From Nemertoderma westbladi (Eukaryota > Animalia > Xenacoelomorpha), in the NCBI GenBank assembly GCA_032718475.1, contig JAUCBJ010009163.1, forward strand, positions 124,001 through 188,000: 64,000 bases of DNA, given 5' to 3'. Made by a program: the position numbers and the translations under genes. The notes under the pieces were generated by a model. It had not been told where the DNA came from. It worked only from the letters and a program-made list of their open reading frames with translations, and did no database searches. How positions within the stretch are numbered: position 1 is the first letter of the stretch; each line of letters begins with the position of its first letter. This document shows positions 1 through 11,268 of this stretch, one piece after another.

Positions 1-2631
1 TTCATGAACATAATGAAGTATTAAATCCATGTCAAAATCCTTGGTATTTTTCTGCAATAATTTATCAAAATATCCTCTGATTTTTTTCAAAAACCATATC
101 AATTTTCATATTTATAACTTCTATCCCACTCCACGAGATAGAGAATCTTAAATGAACGTCAAAAGAACAGGTAACACTTACATTTATAGAAGTAATCAGC
201 TGTTATTTGCTACGTCTTTCCGCTGGAGATAGATGAATTTTGATTGCGTTGGAACACCCCCTATCTGTGGCTTTCTGAGTGGAGAGATAAGTATCATATC
301 TCCCTATTAATATTGTTGTGTTCTAGAATATTTATTATAGTTTTATCGTATTGCCAAAGTGACTAGAGCTGAAGTTGACTCATAATACAATAATTCACCT
401 CAAATATCTCAGCTATTTCATGAACATAATGAAGTATTAAATCAATGTCAAATTCCTTGGTATTTTTCTGCAATAATTTATCAAAATATCCTCTGATTTT
501 TTTCAAAAACCATATCAATTTTCATATTTATAACTTCTATCCCACTCCACGAGATAGAGAATCTTAAATGAACGTCAAAAGAACAGGTAACACTTACATT
601 TATAGCAGTAATCAGCTGTTATTTGCTGCGTCTTTCCGCTGGAGATGGATGAATTTTGATTGCGTTGGAACACCCCCTATATGTAGCTGTCTGAGTGGAG
701 AGATAAGTAGCCTATCTCCCTGTTAATATTGTTGTGTTCTAGAATATTTATTATAGTTTCATCGTATTGCCAAAGTGACTAGAGCTGAAGTTGACTCATA
801 ATACAATAATTCACCTCAAATATCTCATCTATTTCATGAACATAATGAAGTATTAAATCCATGTCAAAATCCTTGGTATTTTTCTGCAATAATTTATCAA
901 AATATCCTCTGATTTTTTTCAAAAACCATATCAATTTTCATATTTATAACTTCTATCCCACTCCACGAGATAGAGAATCTTAAATGAACGTCAAAAGAAC
1001 AGGTAACACTTACATTTATAGAAGTAATCAGCTGTTATTTGCTACGTCTTTCTGCTGGAGATAGATGAATTTTGATTGCGTTGGAACACCCCCTATCTGT
1101 GGCTTTCTGAGTGGAGAGATAAGTATCCTATCTCCCTATTAATATTGTTGTGTTCTAGAATATTTTTTATAGTTTCATCGTATTGCCAAAGTGACTAGAG
1201 CTGAAGTTAACTCATAATACAATAATTCACCTCAAATATCTCAGCTATTTCATGAACATAATGAAGTATTAAAGCCATGTCAAAATCATTGGTGTTTTTC
1301 TGCAATAATTTATCAAAATATCCTCTGATTTTTTTCAAAAACCACATCGATTTTCTTATTTATAACTTCTATCCCACTCCACGAGATAGAGAATCTTAAA
1401 TGAACGTCAAAAGAACAGGTAACACTTACATTTATAGCAGTAATCAGCTGTTATTTGCTACGTCTTTCCGCTGGAGATGGATGAATTTTGATTGCGTTGG
1501 AACACCCCCTATCTGTGGCTGTCTGAGTGGAGAGATAAGTAGCCTATCTCCCTATTAATATTGTTGTGTTCTAGAATATTTATTATAGTTTCATCGTATT
1601 GCTAAAGTGGCTGGAGCTAAAGTTATTATGTAATGCAATAATTCACCTCAAATATCACAGCTATTTCATGAACATAATGAAGTATTAAAGCCATATCAAA
1701 ATACTTGGTGTTTTTCTGCAATAATTTATCAAAATATCCTCTGTTTTTTTACAAAAAGCATATCGATTTTCATATTTATAACTTCTAACCCACTCCAAGA
1801 GATGGAGAATCTTAAATGAAAGTCACAAGAACAGGTAACACTTAGATTTATAGCAGTAATAAGCTGTTATATGCTACGTCTTTCCGCTGGAGATGGATGA
1901 ATTTTGATTGTGTCAGAACACCGCCTATCTGTGGCTGTCTAAGTGGAGAGATAAGTATCCTATTTCCGTGTTAATATTGTTGTGTTCTAGAATATTTATT
2001 ATAGTTTCATCGTATTGCTAAAGTGGCTGGAGCTAAAGTTATTATGTAATGCAATAATTCACCTCAAATATCTCAGCTATTTCATGAACATAATGAAGTA
2101 ATAAAGCCATGTCAAAATCCTTCATGTTTTTCTGCAATAATTGATCAAAATATCCTGTAATTTTTTACAAAAACCATGTCGATTTTCATATTTATAACTT
2201 CTATCCCACTCCACGAGATGGAGAATCTTAAATGAAAGTCAAAAGAACAGCTAACACTTATATTTATAGAAGTAATCAGCTGTTATTTGCTATGTCTTTC
2301 CGCTGAAGATGAATGAATTTTGATTGTGTCAGAACACCCCCTATCTATGGTTGTATGAGTGGAGAGATAAGTATCCTATCTCCCTATTAATATTGTTGTG
2401 TTCTAGAATATTTTTTATAGTTTCATCGTATTGCCAAAGTGACTGGAGCTGAAGTTAACTCATAATACAATAATTCACCTCCAATATCTCAGCTATTTCA
2501 TGAACATAATGAAGTATTAAAGCCATGTCAAAATCATTGGTGTTTTTCTGCAATAATTTATCAAAATATCCTCTGATTTTTTTCAAAAACCACATCGATT
2601 TTCTTATTTATATCTTCTAACCCACTCCACG
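1..2631. repeat. AT-rich tandem satellite, ~416-bp monomer (block 1)
   Basis: TTCATGAACATAATGAAG recurs at 1, 417, 833 and onward (period 416); monomers differ by scattered substitutions. Confidence 0.97.
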
Positions 2632-3788
2632 TGTTCGCGCTTTCAGACCTCTAGCCTCTGACAAGTATTTGATTCACTACACTAGTCGAAACCAATCTGT
2701 GCGCGATCATTCACCCGCTGGATATACCCGGGAGATTGGGTTCGACGGCTTAATCTTATTGCTATGTAAGCCTAATGTATTATTCGACTGACAGTATTAT
2801 ATAATCTCTGACAATATTATTCACCTTCGGGGAATATTAACAGTTCCTTTAGGACGTGGCGCTCTATCTATATAAACAGAGTTATGACTTAAACTACTCA
2901 CAACGATATGGCTTAGTTATAATTCACATATATGGCGCATTCTTTAGGAAATGCTTCGTTATCAGTCTCACTCATACGCAATGCTGCACAATACTGCACA
3001 CTAATCTGCCGATCTTCACTGATTTTAGTCACATATAAAAAGAACACAGGCCGACTCATGTAGGGTCTATCAAATAACATTAGATTCACTTCAAACCACT
3101 TTAACATAAGTCACAATCGTTATATGTAACCTTTCTCTCTTACCTTCAGTATATCAAGAATATTGGGTTTCGGGGTTATTTCTCGTTATTCCAAATATAA
3201 TAATTCATCAACCATATTATGAAGGACCGACAGTAAATAGCAGTATAACAATATAAAGTATGCACAGTGTTACACAGTATGCAGTGTCAGTAAGATATTA
3301 AGGTTTGTGTGTGATAACGGATATATGTCCTTATAATTAAGCCTACTAGTGTTAGGCTAAAACAGAAAAGCACAAAATATTCCCAAGCCGCTCTCTCCTG
3401 GCTCAGGACAGAATGTAAACACTGCCCATAACGCATTGCGTGATTTCTAGGAAATTTCTGTACAAGAGCCATAAAAATGCTCTGATTGGCTGACTGAACT
3501 GAGAGATGCCGTAGAACAAAGAAAATCGACACGTATGAATATCAGCTGTTAACCGTCGTCATAGTAACTACTGTTCAAGAGTAGCTATCACCTTTTGCGT
3601 CACGGAATTGCCATAGAATCATCAACTATGCCTTTCACAGTACACATACGGAGGAAATAGCTCTTAGATCCTCTAAAAAACACCGATACACCAATAATAC
3701 GGTCTCTTACACCTATTAAATCAACTACAGAGTATTTTAATGTAAAAGATAATTAAAATAACGGGGCAATTCAGCAAAGGCTTTTACA
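2632..3788 (-). repeat. 3' LTR of element A (1157 bp)
   Basis: Direct repeat of 14647-15854 with about 4 substitutions seen and a 52-bp-to-1-bp replacement near the U5 end. Confidence 0.95.
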
Positions 3789-3796
3789 CCGCTCCC
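3789..3796 (-). other. Short polypurine-tract-like site of element A
   Basis: Minus-strand GGGAGCGG immediately precedes TGTAAAAG at the start of the 3' LTR. Confidence 0.6.
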
Positions 3797-3866
3797 AGAA
3801 AATGGGATTTTCAGTCTATAAAATATAAAAATCACAGTTTCTAAAACCTAAAGATACTCTAAACAG

Positions 3867-5987
3867 TTAGTCTTTCTTACGCGGACGGCGTTTACGCAGT
3901 TTCTTGAGGCTAGCAAGAGTCCTTTTCTCTTTGGGGCGAGCCACTTTACGAGGAGGGCTGTAGCTCCTAGGCGAAGGGTGCAATACAATTGCATCAGAAG
4001 GTGTAGGGTTACGATCGGTATACCCGCCGGTCGAAGTGCCTGGTTGATTAATATCAACCTCTGGGGAGCGAGGTCTAATGGCCTTGAGAGCGCGTCTCAG
4101 GACAGCAGCTCCTACGGGTCCTTGCCGGGTCGTCTGGACACTAGCGGTGGGTGGACCGTGAGTGGTGAGGAACTTTCTCGGTTTAATGGCTCTCTCCAGC
4201 TCGCGTTCTCGGGTTCGATATTCATATGGTCGCCGAGATACTTCCTGTAGTTCAGGATGCGAGTTCACAAAGATGTCGCCATACTCAGGGTCCTGACGGA
4301 TAAAATTGATCAGGTGATATGTGGTTATATCATTAGGGTTAACGTTTCTAAGGTATTTTCTGACAAACTTGGTGGAAATACACTCACCAACACGCTTCAT
4401 TAACTCGTAACTTGGTACGCGTGTTTTCTGTTCAATCGACGCGAATAGATAAGGATGGAATGTGTAAACTCCCTCGTAAGCTCTTCCAGGGTAATAGCGA
4501 TGTCGGGATTCGCAATGTAAATCCGCGTTCGCTTCCCAAGCTCGGATGTATCGCAGGGTGATCATCTCGTCTACGCTCTCTAAATGGCGATTAAAGGGAC
4601 AATTGTAACTTTCATGTCCTTTAAGTTGACAGTAGTGACATTGAGTCATAAATTGTGGGCAGACGGCAAAAATATGAGAGTTATTAAGCCTGCAATAAGC
4701 ACAATATATTTCCATCATCGGTTGTTCGAGGAAATAGGAACAAGGTACGCTCGAGTCTAGAGGGGTGAAGTGGTCTCTCGATGCGCATAATCGACAACGT
4801 TTTCGAGAAACGTAGTTGGCGTGTCGATAATCGTACGCTGTGAGACGTTGTGGACCTTGATACCACTCTATGACATAATCATTGTCACTGCTCCGGGAAG
4901 CCGTGGGCTGAATCGCTTCTGATTCCAAGCATACTGGTTCATCCTCCAGCTGTATAGACGAAGTGGGTGCGTCTGTCTCAGTAAGTGGATCCACTGTCTG
5001 TATTTCCACAACGGAATAACCTGTAGGTATTCGGGGTCTTTGTATAACGGATGAATGTAAGTTCTGTATACAAACGTCTTGAAAAATGGCAAATCCAGCG
5101 CTACTCAGTTTCTCCGCAGCTGAGTCTCTCAGACTGAATTTGGTCAGCGCGCGGTCCTTGAACTGACTATCGACGTTACGGAACGGAGTCAGAAAGCGCC
5201 GGAAACATTCGAAACGTATGAACTTATTGTGTTCGTCTAACTTGGCGAGTTTAGTTCCAAGTATTAAGGGATGAGCGCGTATGGTACGACTGCACACATC
5301 GGCTAGCCAACCGGCAAGTGCTGCGTTTTCAAAGATCGTGTATATAGCCAAGGAAGGGCGAAGTGGAACACTCATAAAGCTATATACGGCACCAGGCGCA
5401 GTTAATGGTCCATCAAAGTATAAACGAGAATAATGATCTCCGTATACTTGTTGGTAATTTATAGGATTTCCAACCTTGAAATTCCATCCGTATTCTTGAA
5501 AGGCAAGATGTCCGATGGAGGTTCGTTGTACTCCAGTAATGCCGCTGGGTGTATTGGCATACATAGTGCGAAAGAAACCTCGGCCTTCGGCCCAAGGAGC
5601 TATCAGCTGAGTATCAACGAAAGGGTATGGAATGTTTTCCATATTCCGGAAGTCGTTTTGGAGATCTCCATAAACAGCTGAGCCAATTTTTAGGATTCTT
5701 TCGTTAAACAACATTTCGAGCACAGGTTGGGGTAACATTGATCCATCGATACCCATGGCCGGTTTGCGCTCGGTGTCGGTGACGTAACGCTGCGCGAGCT
5801 CGAATTGTCCATGTCGAAGTTTCTTTTGTGTCTCCGTAAGGGTTTCAAAAGAATAATCAATCACGTCGGAACACGCTCGAGTGAATACGTGGGTAGAACC
5901 AGCGAGTCCTCGTATATGTATCATTCGCATAGTTCCTAGTTCTCCCACCGGAACGCTTCCTTTCTTTGTGTTAAGTAACAACGCCAT
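3867..5987 (-). CDS. Extra ORF of element A: DEDDy-like 3'-5' exonuclease domain, CCHC zinc-knuckle array and basic tail (706 aa; N-terminus probably damaged)
   Basis: LPQPVLEMLFNERILKIGSAVYGD (ExoII-like), FVDTQLIA, SIGHLAFQEYG and PLRPSLAIYTIFE (ExoIII-like) resemble WRN-exo/EXD/mut-7 motifs. An in-frame VDTE (ExoI-like) at 6122-6111 lies upstream of a TGA at 6044-6042. Knuckles include CAYCRLNNSHIFAVC and CHYCQLKGHESYNC. Confidence 0.72.
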   Translation of the reverse strand: MALLLNTKKGSVPVGELGTMRMIHIRGLAGSTHVFTRACSDVIDYSFETLTETQKKLRHGQFELAQRYVTDTERKPAMGIDGSMLPQPVLEMLFNERILKIGSAVYGDLQNDFRNMENIPYPFVDTQLIAPWAEGRGFFRTMYANTPSGITGVQRTSIGHLAFQEYGWNFKVGNPINYQQVYGDHYSRLYFDGPLTAPGAVYSFMSVPLRPSLAIYTIFENAALAGWLADVCSRTIRAHPLILGTKLAKLDEHNKFIRFECFRRFLTPFRNVDSQFKDRALTKFSLRDSAAEKLSSAGFAIFQDVCIQNLHSSVIQRPRIPTGYSVVEIQTVDPLTETDAPTSSIQLEDEPVCLESEAIQPTASRSSDNDYVIEWYQGPQRLTAYDYRHANYVSRKRCRLCASRDHFTPLDSSVPCSYFLEQPMMEIYCAYCRLNNSHIFAVCPQFMTQCHYCQLKGHESYNCPFNRHLESVDEMITLRYIRAWEANADLHCESRHRYYPGRAYEGVYTFHPYLFASIEQKTRVPSYELMKRVGECISTKFVRKYLRNVNPNDITTYHLINFIRQDPEYGDIFVNSHPELQEVSRRPYEYRTRERELERAIKPRKFLTTHGPPTASVQTTRQGPVGAAVLRRALKAIRPRSPEVDINQPGTSTGGYTDRNPTPSDAIVLHPSPRSYSPPRKVARPKEKRTLASLKKLRKRRPRKKD

Positions 5988-6022
5988 ACATCTCGATAAC
6001 GTTAAGAGTCTCGTTCCATTCT

Positions 6023-9000
6023 TTAGTGGCGTTTTCGAGAGTCATTCCCACTGGATGCCACAAAGTAGCTCATTCCGTTGGGTATGATATTTAAATAAAA
6101 CCATTTCCCTTTCGGTGTCGACCATTCGGGAGTATTTACCAATTCCTTTGGAGTCGCTCCTCGGGAAGCGATGTCTGCTGGATTAATCGTTCCGGGGCAA
6201 TGTCTCCATTGGTCCATCGTCGTGCGACTAAGTATGATGGCTACTCTGTTGGTAACGAAGACGCTGAACTGACAGACTTCATTGGTTATATACTCTAACA
6301 CGAGTAAAGCGTCGGTCCAATAGACAGTTTTCTCTAATGGATAGTCAATCTGTTCTGTTACATTCCGGCCGATGGCTGTAGCGTATAGAGCCGCTTTTAA
6401 CTCCGCTCGAGGAACTTTCAACTTGTTGTTGATTAATGCCTTAGAAGTAACCAAGGCGACTTTGATTCCATCCGGAGTTTCCACTCTTAGATAGGCTACT
6501 ATACCTATTCCCATATCGCTGGCGTCTCGAAACACATGGAGTTGATAGGAATACGTAGGGAGAACATGACCAAAATATGAACGGGAAATTATAAAATCCT
6601 CGATAGCCGGCAGAGAATCTTCCCATTTCATCCACTTCTTTAATAATTCTCCCTTAAGTGGATCGTCCCATGAGTGGTTTTCAAGCCACATTTGTTGTAC
6701 CAAACTACGAGCAATCAATATAACTGGGCTAATAAATCCCAATGGATCGAAATAAGTGCTCAGTATACTTAAGCAAATCCGTTTGGTTCGAACTGGATTA
6801 TCTCGCTGTTTTAGCTGGAAAAACAGGATATCTCGCTCTGTGTCCCATTTCAAGCCGAGTGTCTTGGTTTCTGGCAGATTATCTTTGATCAAATCTAGAT
6901 CTTTCGCCCCTCGATCTTCCGCAGGGATCGACTCCAGAAACTCACGGGAGTTGCTGGTGAATTTCTTTAATCGAAACCCACCTCTTTTTAAGCACTCTAC
7001 CGTTCCTTTAGCGACCTCAATGGCTTCCTCAACTGATGGAAGGGACTTCAGATTGTCGTCCATGTATATGTCTCGCTTGATGTTGTCGATCACTTCCTTA
7101 GAGAATGCCTCTCGGTTGTCCTCTGCAGTGGTACGCACTACCGAACAGGCGTTGGAAGGGCTTGAGATTATCCCAAAGGCCTGGATGGTCATCCAGTACT
7201 CCACCGGTTTCTGGTTGAGGTCTCCTTCGGGCCACCACAGAAATCGTAGACTATCTCGATCCCTATCTAACACTTTGACTTGTAAGAACATGCCTTCTAT
7301 ATCGGAGGCGAAAGCAATCGAATATTGTCTCAATCTTAAAAGAATTCCCAACAAAGATTGAAGTAAGTTGGGTCCGGGTAACAATTCAGAGTTAAGGGAT
7401 TGACCCATGTAAAGAGCGGAGCCATCAAACACTACTCTCACTTCATGTGGTTTACCGGGTTTAGGAACGTAATGGTGAGTTAAGTAATACGTTCTTTCAG
7501 TCACAGGTGTTTCTTCCGGTACTCTCTCCGCGTATCCCTTACTAATAAATTTCTCCAGCTGTGTTTGATACATTTCTTTAGCTGAAGAATTAGCCGTAAG
7601 GCGTCGATGGAGTTGCGCGATTCTTTTTTCCGCCAAGGGTCTGTTATTGATGAACTTCGGTTCTCTCTTGCGGAAAGGTAGACCGACTTCATACCTACCT
7701 TGATCTTTGAGGAAACGTGTAGTTGTCTCTTGGATCTGCTTGGCCCTTTCCTCTTCTACCGATAAGGCTTTATCGTAGGAATTGGGCTCTACCGCCTCTT
7801 GCGTAAAGAATCGTACGGCATGTTCATCTCGAGTCTTGGCATTACAACGCTCAATGACGTCATTTAGCTCGTCGTTATAAGCTTCTCGTTCAGATGGATA
7901 AAGAAGTTGACATAAGTTCACTTGGTTTTGCCAAGCCTCGTTTCCCTTAAGGAGATCGATGGTATTCTCCTCATCAAAAAGCTGGTGAACGTCGTCGTTA
8001 TCTGAGGAGTATGGAGTTCCCTCAGTTAAATCGTCTCCCTCACTGGTATCATCTTCCCATTCACTCACCTGGCAGACGTGCTCTTGCGGTAGTCTTTCTC
8101 TGAGTGTTCTACGGGAAGGGCCAGTAAAGTACCAACCTACTCTAGTTCTTACCGCATAGGTCTGCAGTGGCTGCGGTTGAGCAGGCCGTTTCTCTAATGT
8201 CTCCAGCGCCTCATGCGCGTTTTGGCCGATGAGTATTTGCACTCCAGGATAATCAGTCTGGAATCGAGGTATCTTAAGATGTTGGATGCTCTCATCCTCG
8301 TCCCAATTATAAAGGTCTGCTTGAGTAGTAGCGAAGTTCTTTATAGCCACCATTTTCACTGACCTTATGCTATGTTCTCCTAGTTCGTCCTGGGGGGTGG
8401 ACAACGCTCCTACATAGTAATCCGCTATTACTGTAGATTTCCAAACTTGTATAATTCCTGACATATTTAGCTTGGTTCGGAACTTGGGTTGTCCAGCAAA
8501 GATGTCTTCGGCTAGTTCTTTATCAATGAATGTTCCTGTGCTGCCGGAGTCCAGGAGGTCGTTCACTATATAGCTCTTCTGAGGTCCATGGACCCGTAAC
8601 TGGACTACAGGAAATTCTCGGATTCCTACATCGGAAGTTGGTGCTTTCCACGATGGTTGTCGATCAGAAGTAGTTAGAGTGAAGTCGCTGTCTGTATCTT
8701 TTTCATATGTGAGTGCTCGATACACTGCGGTATTTATCATGTAACAGGATTCGTTTTCGTCGGAGAACTCGTCCGTATAGAATCCTTCCACCTCAGATTG
8801 ATCAGTGTCGTTCACATCACTGAATTGGACATGTAGTTCGGAATCACTTACCTGATTAGGACTATTTCGATCGAATTCAGCGTGCAACAAGATATGATGT
8901 TTCGCACCACACTTTGCACACCTTATGTCAGAGTAACAGGTTCGCCGTTGGTGTCCTTGTCTGAGGCAATTATAACATAACCGCTTATCCCACATGACTT

Positions 9001-11209
9001 CTCGTCTCTCCGTTAATGATTTCTTCAGGAATTCCTCACACATATTCAAACGGTGGGTCCCGTCACATAGCGCACATTTCGGTTTGATGTTACTCACCTT
9101 AATCTGAGTCACATTGTGTACACTTGCTTTTTCTTTGGGCTTTCTCACCTGAATTCTCTTGGAAGACGTAGGAGGAGTTTTTCTGACCTGTTCTCTCCTG
9201 TCATTTGTTCGAGACTTGAATTTACTTACCTGATCTTTAGGCATTTTATTTACGTAATAAGATCTATCAGTGTCCTTCCCGCTATCTTCTCCTTGAGAAG
9301 TCTGGCTTTCGCCGTCGTCTGTATAACACACTGGTGTTACCTTTCTCCTAGAGACGGGTTTTTCACTTACCTTGTTTTCCGGTGTCTTCTCTCTGGACAG
9401 TTTCAGGAGCTGTAATTTCACTTCTCCATCTAGGAATGACATGAGATCAGCCATGGTAGGGTCTCGTCGTTGTTGTTCCATCATATATAACACTTTCTTA
9501 TCCCAGCGTGTACCTACTCCACCCTTCGGTAAAGTAGAAGCCACTGCTCTAATAACCATAGCATTCTGATACTCATGAGACTTACCTAGCCAATCTAATT
9601 GTCTACAGATCTCCTGAATCTCATCGGAAAACTCTATAATTCCGCTGCTAATAAACTTTCGGGGCACTACCAACTTTGCATACAAATACCCAGCTATGTT
9701 ATTCCTATTACCATACCTGATGTTTAGTGTATCCCAAACTTGTCTTAATCCGTCTGGATGTCCAATAAACTTTAACGCCATTAACTTGGGAGATCCTTCC
9801 AAGCACTCGATGAGGAATCTAAGTTTCTCTCCATTAGATAGTACAGAGTTCTGTATGTTATCTTTGTAATATTCATTAAAAGGTAACCATTTCATCTCAT
9901 CTCCATTGAACTTGACGATCTCTCCCACCTTCACCGCTTGCCGGGCTTCGGTTCTAGCCATTTGACGCGTAAAACTTTCTTGGGCCATCGTGTTATTTAA
10001 TATCGAGTTATCGGTATATAAATTTCTTGGATTATGATCAGGTCTATAGGGAATGTCATTATCAACAGGTCTATAATTACCCTTAATAGGGTTCACTATA
10101 GGAGTTTCTACTTCGCTAGCAGTATATATGCGTGTAGGCTCCACACCTTGCGCATGAGATACTTCAGACCTAACAGGTTGACACATTGTTACCGAGGGTG
10201 GTGGTATACCCCTTTGAGTATTTACTAATTTATCGCGTTCTAGCGCGATACTTTGCTGCACTTCTTGCAACTCTAGCCTACTTTCCCTTACTGTGCCCTT
10301 GAATTGCTGAACAGTCTCCTGCATCTGCCCGAGCAGGAGATCCATCCCCCGCCGTCTCTCGTCCACCCATTCGACCGCCGAAGCGGGAGTCGCCAACGTT
10401 GTAGCGGGCGGACGAGGGACAACGGGCGACAAATCATGAATATTTCGCTCGGGGTCCAGGACCTGAACTGTCTCCTGGGCAGTTCTACTGGGCACAGGTA
10501 GCTTAGTGCTATGCAGAGGGAATTTAGAGGTAACTTCAGTGAGCACAGGTGTGTCTATCACCGAAGGGGTGATTTCAAGAACAGGCCTAATTATTTCAGG
10601 CTCATCTACTATAGTAGGGAGTCTTTCTATTTTAATTATTTGGTCTGTGGGCTCTGTACTACCTAAGTTGGTGTTATTTAGTTGCCTTCTAACAGCTGGA
10701 GGCAAATCAGGCAATTTCTGACGGTGGAATGTTCTTTTACGTCTGCTTAGACGAGATCTATTTCCTTTGCCTTCAGTATCGGTGGTATCGCCTTCCTCAG
10801 ATGATGTATATCCCTGCCTTTTGGGAGTAGATCGATTCATCATCTGCATATTACTAGCTGTTAACTGTTTATTTATGCAGTCTTGATTCTCCTGAATATT
10901 TTCCAATTCTAATTGGGTGGTTTCTTCAGTCGCTTTCCGTTCGGCATCTGCCACTGCCTCTGCGGCCTTTCTTTCAGCCTCGGCCGCCTTTCTTTCAGCT
11001 TCGGCCGCTTTTGCTTCTGCCGCTGCCGCTGCCTCTACGGCCTTTCTTTCAGCCTCGGCCGCCTTTCTTTCAGCTTCGGCCGCTTTTGCTTCTGCCGCTG
11101 CCGCTGCCGCTGCCGCTGCCGCTGCCGCTTTTCTTTCAGCTTCGGCTGCTTTTGCCTCTGCCGCTGCCTCTGCCGCTGCCGCTTTTCTTTCTGCTTCTGC
11201 AGCTACCAC
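6023..11209 (-). CDS. BEL/Pao Gag-Pol polyprotein (Gag, 3 zinc knuckles, aspartic protease, RT, RNase H); integrase absent
   Basis: KFNGDEMKWLPF Gag core; CALCDGTHRLNMC, CYNCLRQGHQRRTC, CAKCGAKHHILLH; LLDSGS; RVVFDGS, DIEGMFLQV, YMDD; FRDAS, ELKAA, WTDA, CPGTINPADIASRG; ORF ends about 40 aa later with no HHCC or DDE motifs. Confidence 0.93.
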   Translation of the reverse strand: MVAAEAERKAAAAEAAAEAKAAEAERKAAAAAAAAAAAAEAKAAEAERKAAEAERKAVEAAAAAEAKAAEAERKAAEAERKAAEAVADAERKATEETTQLELENIQENQDCINKQLTASNMQMMNRSTPKRQGYTSSEEGDTTDTEGKGNRSRLSRRKRTFHRQKLPDLPPAVRRQLNNTNLGSTEPTDQIIKIERLPTIVDEPEIIRPVLEITPSVIDTPVLTEVTSKFPLHSTKLPVPSRTAQETVQVLDPERNIHDLSPVVPRPPATTLATPASAVEWVDERRRGMDLLLGQMQETVQQFKGTVRESRLELQEVQQSIALERDKLVNTQRGIPPPSVTMCQPVRSEVSHAQGVEPTRIYTASEVETPIVNPIKGNYRPVDNDIPYRPDHNPRNLYTDNSILNNTMAQESFTRQMARTEARQAVKVGEIVKFNGDEMKWLPFNEYYKDNIQNSVLSNGEKLRFLIECLEGSPKLMALKFIGHPDGLRQVWDTLNIRYGNRNNIAGYLYAKLVVPRKFISSGIIEFSDEIQEICRQLDWLGKSHEYQNAMVIRAVASTLPKGGVGTRWDKKVLYMMEQQRRDPTMADLMSFLDGEVKLQLLKLSREKTPENKVSEKPVSRRKVTPVCYTDDGESQTSQGEDSGKDTDRSYYVNKMPKDQVSKFKSRTNDRREQVRKTPPTSSKRIQVRKPKEKASVHNVTQIKVSNIKPKCALCDGTHRLNMCEEFLKKSLTERREVMWDKRLCYNCLRQGHQRRTCYSDIRCAKCGAKHHILLHAEFDRNSPNQVSDSELHVQFSDVNDTDQSEVEGFYTDEFSDENESCYMINTAVYRALTYEKDTDSDFTLTTSDRQPSWKAPTSDVGIREFPVVQLRVHGPQKSYIVNDLLDSGSTGTFIDKELAEDIFAGQPKFRTKLNMSGIIQVWKSTVIADYYVGALSTPQDELGEHSIRSVKMVAIKNFATTQADLYNWDEDESIQHLKIPRFQTDYPGVQILIGQNAHEALETLEKRPAQPQPLQTYAVRTRVGWYFTGPSRRTLRERLPQEHVCQVSEWEDDTSEGDDLTEGTPYSSDNDDVHQLFDEENTIDLLKGNEAWQNQVNLCQLLYPSEREAYNDELNDVIERCNAKTRDEHAVRFFTQEAVEPNSYDKALSVEEERAKQIQETTTRFLKDQGRYEVGLPFRKREPKFINNRPLAEKRIAQLHRRLTANSSAKEMYQTQLEKFISKGYAERVPEETPVTERTYYLTHHYVPKPGKPHEVRVVFDGSALYMGQSLNSELLPGPNLLQSLLGILLRLRQYSIAFASDIEGMFLQVKVLDRDRDSLRFLWWPEGDLNQKPVEYWMTIQAFGIISSPSNACSVVRTTAEDNREAFSKEVIDNIKRDIYMDDNLKSLPSVEEAIEVAKGTVECLKRGGFRLKKFTSNSREFLESIPAEDRGAKDLDLIKDNLPETKTLGLKWDTERDILFFQLKQRDNPVRTKRICLSILSTYFDPLGFISPVILIARSLVQQMWLENHSWDDPLKGELLKKWMKWEDSLPAIEDFIISRSYFGHVLPTYSYQLHVFRDASDMGIGIVAYLRVETPDGIKVALVTSKALINNKLKVPRAELKAALYATAIGRNVTEQIDYPLEKTVYWTDALLVLEYITNEVCQFSVFVTNRVAIILSRTTMDQWRHCPGTINPADIASRGATPKELVNTPEWSTPKGKWFYLNIIPNGMSYFVASSGNDSRKRH

Positions 11210-11215
11210 TGCTGC
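10930..11215 (-). repeat. Coding tandem repeat (AAEAERK/AAEAKA)n in the Gag N-terminal extension
   Basis: Repeated GCCGCT and CTTTCTTTCAGC units translate to an Ala/Glu/Lys/Arg helical repeat. Confidence 0.9.
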
Positions 11216-11268
11216 TTTCTTTCTGTCTTCTATACGTTTTCTCTTTACTTGTTCTTCTTGGACTCGTG

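Noticed and set aside
2856-3532. Short ORFs duplicated at 14922-15598
   Set aside because: They are duplicated only because they lie in the LTRs; no coding signal
3867-5987. env gene in the third-ORF position
   Set aside because: No signal peptide, transmembrane segment or fusion-protein features; the motifs fit a nuclease plus zinc knuckles
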